Assembly: GCA_016839515.1 (NCBI GenBank)
Contig: JAEOUE010000022.1
Location: 1-11,683 of the forward strand
DNA: 11,683 bases
Source: Candidatus Hodarchaeum mangrovi
GTDB lineage: Archaea; Asgardarchaeota; Heimdallarchaeia; Hodarchaeales; Hodarchaeaceae
Direction: 5' to 3'
Under the pieces are notes generated by a model that ran no database searches, was not told the DNA's origin, and was given only the letters and a program-made list of their open reading frames with translations. The translations under genes were made by a program, and so were the position numbers. Shown here piece by piece: positions 7,303 through 11,683 of the stretch (within the stretch, counting starts at the first letter, position 1; each line of letters starts with the position of its first letter).

Positions 7303-7881
7303 CTATAGGGAAGACATTAACAATTCTCGGATTAACCGTGTGACTTTCGGTAAACCATATCCCGTTTTTTGGCTAGTAACTAAAATCATAAATTTTCCGT
7401 CCTTGGGTACGGCCAATGCTGCTTGAATGGTATTCTCTACTTCATTAATTAGCTTTGATGAATCTTTCTCCATGGAACTATTTTTAATTAAATCAAATTT
7501 GTTACAGACAATAAGGCAGGGAATTTTTTGGGCTAAAGGTACAATCCTTTGCTGAAATTCTTTTTTAGCTTCATCAAACCGAGATGAATCATGCGCATCG
7601 ATTACAAATATCACTACATCACTTTTTTCAATAAAAGCAGCCCAATTATCTCTTAATGCTTCTTGACCCCCCAAATCGATAATAGTTGCTTGAACTAAAT
7701 CCTCATCATGAACTAGAGTTACTGAGTCCATTGTGGACGCAAGAGTGGGTTTCAGATCTGAAATAAATTTACCTGTTCTCATTCTAATATTCATGGCAGT
7801 TTTTCCTGCATAATCTAATCCACAAAAAACCAAGTTAATAGGAGATCCAATTGCTCGAACAGTAGTTTTTAAGTGACTCAT
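7303..7881 (-). CDS. Arf/Sar-related small GTPase (Ras superfamily)
   Basis: G1 GLDYAGKT (21-28), G2 PT46, G3 DLGGQ (69-73) followed by Arf-type LRxxW, FVIDAHDSSRFDEAK, G4 NKFD (127-130) and G5 TSQK. Confidence 0.93.
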   Translation of the reverse strand: MSHLKTTVRAIGSPINLVFCGLDYAGKTAMNIRMRTGKFISDLKPTLASTMDSVTLVHDEDLVQATIIDLGGQEALRDNWAAFIEKSDVVIFVIDAHDSSRFDEAKKEFQQRIVPLAQKIPCLIVCNKFDLIKNSSMEKDSSKLINEVENTIQAALAVPKDGKFMILVTSQKTGYGLPKVTRLIRELLMSSL

Positions 7882-7887
7882 TTTAGA

Positions 7888-9432
7888 TCATTCTCTTTTA
7901 TTTCTAATTAACGACATAATATTAGTTATTTTTTTATGATTTTCAATTGTTATTTCATTAAAATACTGAAAAGCGAGTTCAACGTCCGTAAATATAGTAT
8001 TGATTTCCGTAGGATTATTTTTTGTTATTTCTTCGTGAATAATGATCATTGACGCACCTATTTTATAGAATAAAATGATTAAATTCCCCACAAGAATATC
8101 TTGAGGAATTTCATCAGAGGGAATGAAAATTATTGTATCAGATGACAAGATTCCTCTTTTCCCTTGAATAGAAATCTTATGTTTGACCAATATTTCGGTG
8201 AATAGATCTTTCTGCTCTTCTGCAGCAATCAGATGTAATTCACAAGAAAGATTTTCTGAGTCAAAGATCTTAAGAAAAATATCTTCTACAAAATATGAAT
8301 GAATTAGAACCAAGTAAATTTTTTGTGCATATTTGATATCCGTTTCTAGACGTTTTCGTGTAGAAGAAGGATCAGCAATTGTAGAAAGAAAAATTTCACT
8401 GTCAACTAGCTTGACATTTGAATAAGCCAGTTTTAACATTCGAAATTCTGATTTGTGAGAATTTTTATAATTTATTGCTAATTGATATAGTGAATCCCCA
8501 AGTTGTGAAATCGTTTTTACAAGTGTTATGTATTTAGTTTTTCTACTTCTCTCCTGTATACTCATTGAAGTAGATTGAAAATACTCTTTTAATCCATCTA
8601 ATGCCATATTGAATTGGTTTTCACTGGAAAATTGACATTCATTCTTAGTTTGTTCGAAAAAAAGGTTTAATTTTTCAATTATTTGTTTTCGATCATTATT
8701 AGAATAGTCTAACTTCTGTAAATCATCCTCTAATAACTTTGGATGTGTTTCAAGGATTTCTTGATTATTTTTCTTGATTTGTTCATTGTAAAAATTTCTT
8801 TTTTCAATCTTCCCTCCGTTTAGTATCAATTTGGAAAGTATAAATGCACTACAAAGGCTCATTCCCAAAGAAGAAAGGCAGAAAAAGAGCAATGAGAATA
8901 AAGAGGGTATTTTTTGACACAATTGTTCTAAATTGGCAAAATAATTCAACAAAATTAGGTGATCACCAATATGAATATTTTTTGAATCATTGGAAGTACT
9001 TGTTATTGTGAATTGATCTAGCTTATGTAACAATTCTCGTGCTAATTCTGGATCTAATAAATCAATGGTCTTAATTGTCTTTTTAGATAATCTTTCAATG
9101 AGTTCATCAATACTTACAGCTAATATGACTGTTTTGGGACGTGTATGGGACATTACAATTAAATTTAAGTCGATTAAGCTAGGAAATCCATCAGGTAATT
9201 CTAAACGTGTCGGACTACAGTGAATATCATTAGCAAGAGTGATTGGTTTTATCTGACCTCCGTGTAAAACTAACGAAAGTAATATTTGTGCCTGAAAATC
9301 TTCAAGTTCAGTTTTTAGAAACAACTCTAAAATTTGATGACGAAGAAAAGAATCAAGAGGTATAGGTTCTAGATAATACCTAGTTATTTGATCGATATTT
9401 ACTCTTTCTTTCTTTTCATCGGAATTAGGCAC
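7888..9432 (-). CDS. 514-aa protein with two divergent TrmB-like winged-HTH repeats and a C-terminal alpha/beta (TrmB effector/PLD-like) domain; putative transcription regulator
   Basis: Residues ~34-115 follow the TrmB pattern (LEDFQAQILLSLVLHGG...LANDIHCSPTRL...LIDLNLI...RPKTVILAVSIDELIERL), with an internal repeat at ~182-315. GTG start with GAGG at 9440-9443. Stop is 6 bp before the GTPase ATG. Confidence 0.6.
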   Translation of the reverse strand: MPNSDEKKERVNIDQITRYYLEPIPLDSFLRHQILELFLKTELEDFQAQILLSLVLHGGQIKPITLANDIHCSPTRLELPDGFPSLIDLNLIVMSHTRPKTVILAVSIDELIERLSKKTIKTIDLLDPELARELLHKLDQFTITSTSNDSKNIHIGDHLILLNYFANLEQLCQKIPSLFSLLFFCLSSLGMSLCSAFILSKLILNGGKIEKRNFYNEQIKKNNQEILETHPKLLEDDLQKLDYSNNDRKQIIEKLNLFFEQTKNECQFSSENQFNMALDGLKEYFQSTSMSIQERSRKTKYITLVKTISQLGDSLYQLAINYKNSHKSEFRMLKLAYSNVKLVDSEIFLSTIADPSSTRKRLETDIKYAQKIYLVLIHSYFVEDIFLKIFDSENLSCELHLIAAEEQKDLFTEILVKHKISIQGKRGILSSDTIIFIPSDEIPQDILVGNLIILFYKIGASMIIIHEEITKNNPTEINTIFTDVELAFQYFNEITIENHKKITNIMSLIRNKRE

Positions 9433-9695
9433 AAATATTCCTCTTAAATAAATAATTACTTAGAAAATCTCTTTTCACAATTCCTATCAAGATCATTTAT
9501 CTAAATATTTTCATGTATTTTTTACAAGAATTTAAAAAATCCTTTTGTTTCAATCTTTTTCTTTAATAAATATCAATCAATTTAATAGTTGTCCTGCATT
9601 TTAAATGTGAGATTGATCATGTAGCTATTGTAGAGTATAAAAGTGTTAAAGCACAACAAACTGTGGATTCACTAAAGCAGAGAATCGGATGAAGA

Positions 9696-10652
9696 ATGTT
9701 GAATAAGAATAGTTTGATATTTTCTTCTATTATGTTCTGTTATTTTTTAGATCGCGGTCCTAGTTCAATTGATTATTTCTTTAATGAGAAGATTAAAGAA
9801 GATCCTGATTTAACTGCAGTAAGATTGATGACAAAATCAGTTGCCTTAGTTAAAGGTGATACGGCCCAACAGGTTGAGCAATCAATAATAGATCAGTTAA
9901 GTGGCCCAGATATTTTTCCTGTAGACACGGAATATCGAATGGTATGGTATAATTGGTTAATCGCTAATAAGTTCTCCACTGATTCTAGAATACGAAATTC
10001 AGGTTCAGTTGCAGGTATTTATTGTATCTATAGGAAGAATAAAGAAACTATTATTCGAAATTCCCTTCATATCATTGAAAATATACTCAGAAATATGAGT
10101 ACTGAATTTCAGAGTATAGATGATATCATCAAAAAGCAATGCAACCTTTCTTCATCTACTCTTATAGGAGAAAAACAGTTTCATGACTTTATAAATAGAA
10201 AAAAATCTAATATAATCACGAAGCAACTAAATAAGACTTTAAATATAAGAATACAAGAATATTTGTACCAGTATGGTTTGAAGTATGTATCCCAAATTGA
10301 AAAGTTCAAAATCATCCTTCAACAAATGGTATTCAAAAAAGGAACACCAGAAGAAATTATTGATAAAGCTGAAAAAAGAAGATACTGGAATTCGGTTATT
10401 GAAGAACTAAACCAAATAATTTCTAACAGAATGCCAAATTTAAATATAAAAAAAGGCGAAACAAAACAATTAGAAATAATCTATAATATACTGTTAAAAG
10501 AAAAGATCTGGACTGCATTATCACTCAATGACCCTAATCCAATAATCCAAACAAAAGATGTCGCAAATTTTTTCTTTTACTATTTATTAGCTCATCATCA
10601 GTTATTAAAAAGGAAGAAGATTGTACAATTATTTATAGATTTAACTAAATAA
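9696..10652 (+). CDS. Protein with N-terminal longin/uDENN-like domain (~aa 1-140) and helical C-terminal region
   Basis: SIMFCYFLDRGP resembles the beta1-F-x-GP start of NPRL2/FLCN/C9orf72 longins. The strand/helix order fits a longin fold, and the loop DSRIR sits between the last two strands. TATAAAAG at 9636-9643. The CDS is secure; the fold is inference. Confidence 0.55.
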   Translation: MLNKNSLIFSSIMFCYFLDRGPSSIDYFFNEKIKEDPDLTAVRLMTKSVALVKGDTAQQVEQSIIDQLSGPDIFPVDTEYRMVWYNWLIANKFSTDSRIRNSGSVAGIYCIYRKNKETIIRNSLHIIENILRNMSTEFQSIDDIIKKQCNLSSSTLIGEKQFHDFINRKKSNIITKQLNKTLNIRIQEYLYQYGLKYVSQIEKFKIILQQMVFKKGTPEEIIDKAEKRRYWNSVIEELNQIISNRMPNLNIKKGETKQLEIIYNILLKEKIWTALSLNDPNPIIQTKDVANFFFYYLLAHHQLLKRKKIVQLFIDLTK

Positions 10653-10716
10653 TTTAATGCATCAAATTAAAATAACTAGATAAAAAAGATACTTATTTAA
10701 TGTTTGGGTAAAGATC

Positions 10717-11379
10717 ATGAATATTAGATCCATAATAAGGATTTTTCATTTATTGATCCTTTTATTTTCTATCATTTTTTCCCCCATTCATTCCCCAATC
10801 ACTAACACTACATTTAATTGGATTATTCACCCAAGAGAATTTAAGATTCCGTTATTTGCTATTAAACAGAACTCAAGCCTAGATTTAATTCCTCCTATTA
10901 TAACAGGGCCCTCTGATATCAGCTATCTAGTGAATACTACAGGTCATAATATCACTTGGTATATTGCTGATAAGAATCCAAAAAATTATTCCATTCAACA
11001 CAATTATCAGTATATTGAGACCGAATGGAATAAAACTTGGACAGAAAATCAATCTGTTACTGTTTCAATCGATGGCCTTCCTATCGGAATCCATCTTTAT
11101 ACGATAATTGCAGAAGATACATGGAATAACAGATTATCAGATGATGTAATTGTAAGTGTGAAAGAAACAGCCAATGTACCCTCATTCCCGATTTCTACAC
11201 TCTCACCCTTTGATTTAGCTGATTATGTGAATTTATTCTTCCTCTTTGGAATAAGCATGATATTATTATTAATTGTCCTTAGTATCATTAGAAATAGAAA
11301 AAAAGAAGAAATACCTATTAAACTCCCTCCCGAGGATCCTTTGGAGTTAGAAGTAATAAAAGAAGAAAATTTCATTTGA
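10717..11379 (+). CDS. Type I membrane-anchored surface protein with a single Ig-like domain
   Basis: Signal peptide (MNIRSIIRIFHLLILLFSIIF), Ig-like beta-sandwich (PPIITGPSDISY...NITWYIAD.NP..YSI...VSIDGLPIGIHLYTIIAED..NN...DDVIVSV), S/T/P linker, TM helix, RNRKK stop-transfer and acidic tail. Seven N-x-S/T sequons. Confidence 0.85.
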   Translation: MNIRSIIRIFHLLILLFSIIFSPIHSPITNTTFNWIIHPREFKIPLFAIKQNSSLDLIPPIITGPSDISYLVNTTGHNITWYIADKNPKNYSIQHNYQYIETEWNKTWTENQSVTVSIDGLPIGIHLYTIIAEDTWNNRLSDDVIVSVKETANVPSFPISTLSPFDLADYVNLFFLFGISMILLLIVLSIIRNRKKEEIPIKLPPEDPLELEVIKEENFI

Positions 11380-11683
11380 GTTGATATAATGGTTATTATT
11401 CTACATGGAAAACTTGATATAAATAGTTCCTGTGAGAAAATACCATTAAAATTCGTAGCTTTTCGCAGTATTTCAAGAATATACAAAAAAAACTTTAATT
11501 CGAGAGATTTAAAGGAGTGATTGAATCTTTCAGTCATAACATATAAAAAATGAAAAAACTTATAAGTAATAACTTTAATAAAGCTATACATTCATAAAGA
11601 ATTAGGATGAATCAATAGGATCATTAAAGAGAAAAATAATTAGCATGATAATCTTAATTCAATGAAATAAATAAATTTGAGAA

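Noticed and set aside
9572-9617. Gapped inverted repeat ATCAATC-A-ATTTAA ... TTAAAT-GTGA-GATTGAT in the divergent promoter as a regulator site
   Set aside because: Needs gaps and is very AT-rich; not distinguishable from chance without orthologous promoters.
9696-9760. Hydrophobic N-terminus of the 318-aa protein as a signal peptide
   Set aside because: Short, interrupted by Ser, and followed by DRGP; better explained as the first beta-strand of a longin-like fold.
11223-11591. 122-aa minus-strand ORF, and the in-frame continuation past the Ig gene's TGA to 11520
   Set aside because: The ORF overlaps the Ig gene antisense with F/I/S-rich shadow composition. The extension has no motif or SECIS-like hairpin that I could see, so readthrough is unsupported.
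1-11683. CRISPR arrays, tRNA/rRNA, transposases, integrases
   Set aside because: No regularly spaced repeats, GC-rich structured RNA segments or recombinase motifs were seen.

Overview
AT-rich prokaryotic window, most likely from an Asgard archaeon (Heimdallarchaeia/Hodarchaeales-like). This is inferred from an Arf-related small GTPase, a longin/uDENN-like protein, an Ig-like surface protein of a type common in Asgard genomes, and archaeal-style TATA boxes and GGTGA/GAGGT ribosome-binding sites. Left half: end of an unknown CDS, a CsgA-like SDR, a B12-binding radical SAM enzyme, a decayed FG-GAP/VCBS gene, a tandem GNAT-fold protein, and a TetR / membrane protein / flavodoxin unit with a double palindromic operator over its TATA box. 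The membrane protein has the two His-x13-His helices typical of di-heme ferric-reductase/NOX transmembrane domains. Right half: a coiled-coil protein, a PPOX-like flavin-binding protein, and the most notable locus. There, an Arf-like GTPase lies 6 bp behind a double-TrmB-wHTH regulator-like protein, and both are divergent from a protein whose N-terminus resembles the NPRL2/FLCN/SMCR8 longin GAP domain, with candidate arginine fingers. This may be a GTPase-switch / transcription module. No rRNA, tRNA, CRISPR array or mobile element was seen. All family calls come from motif recognition by eye; no searches were run.
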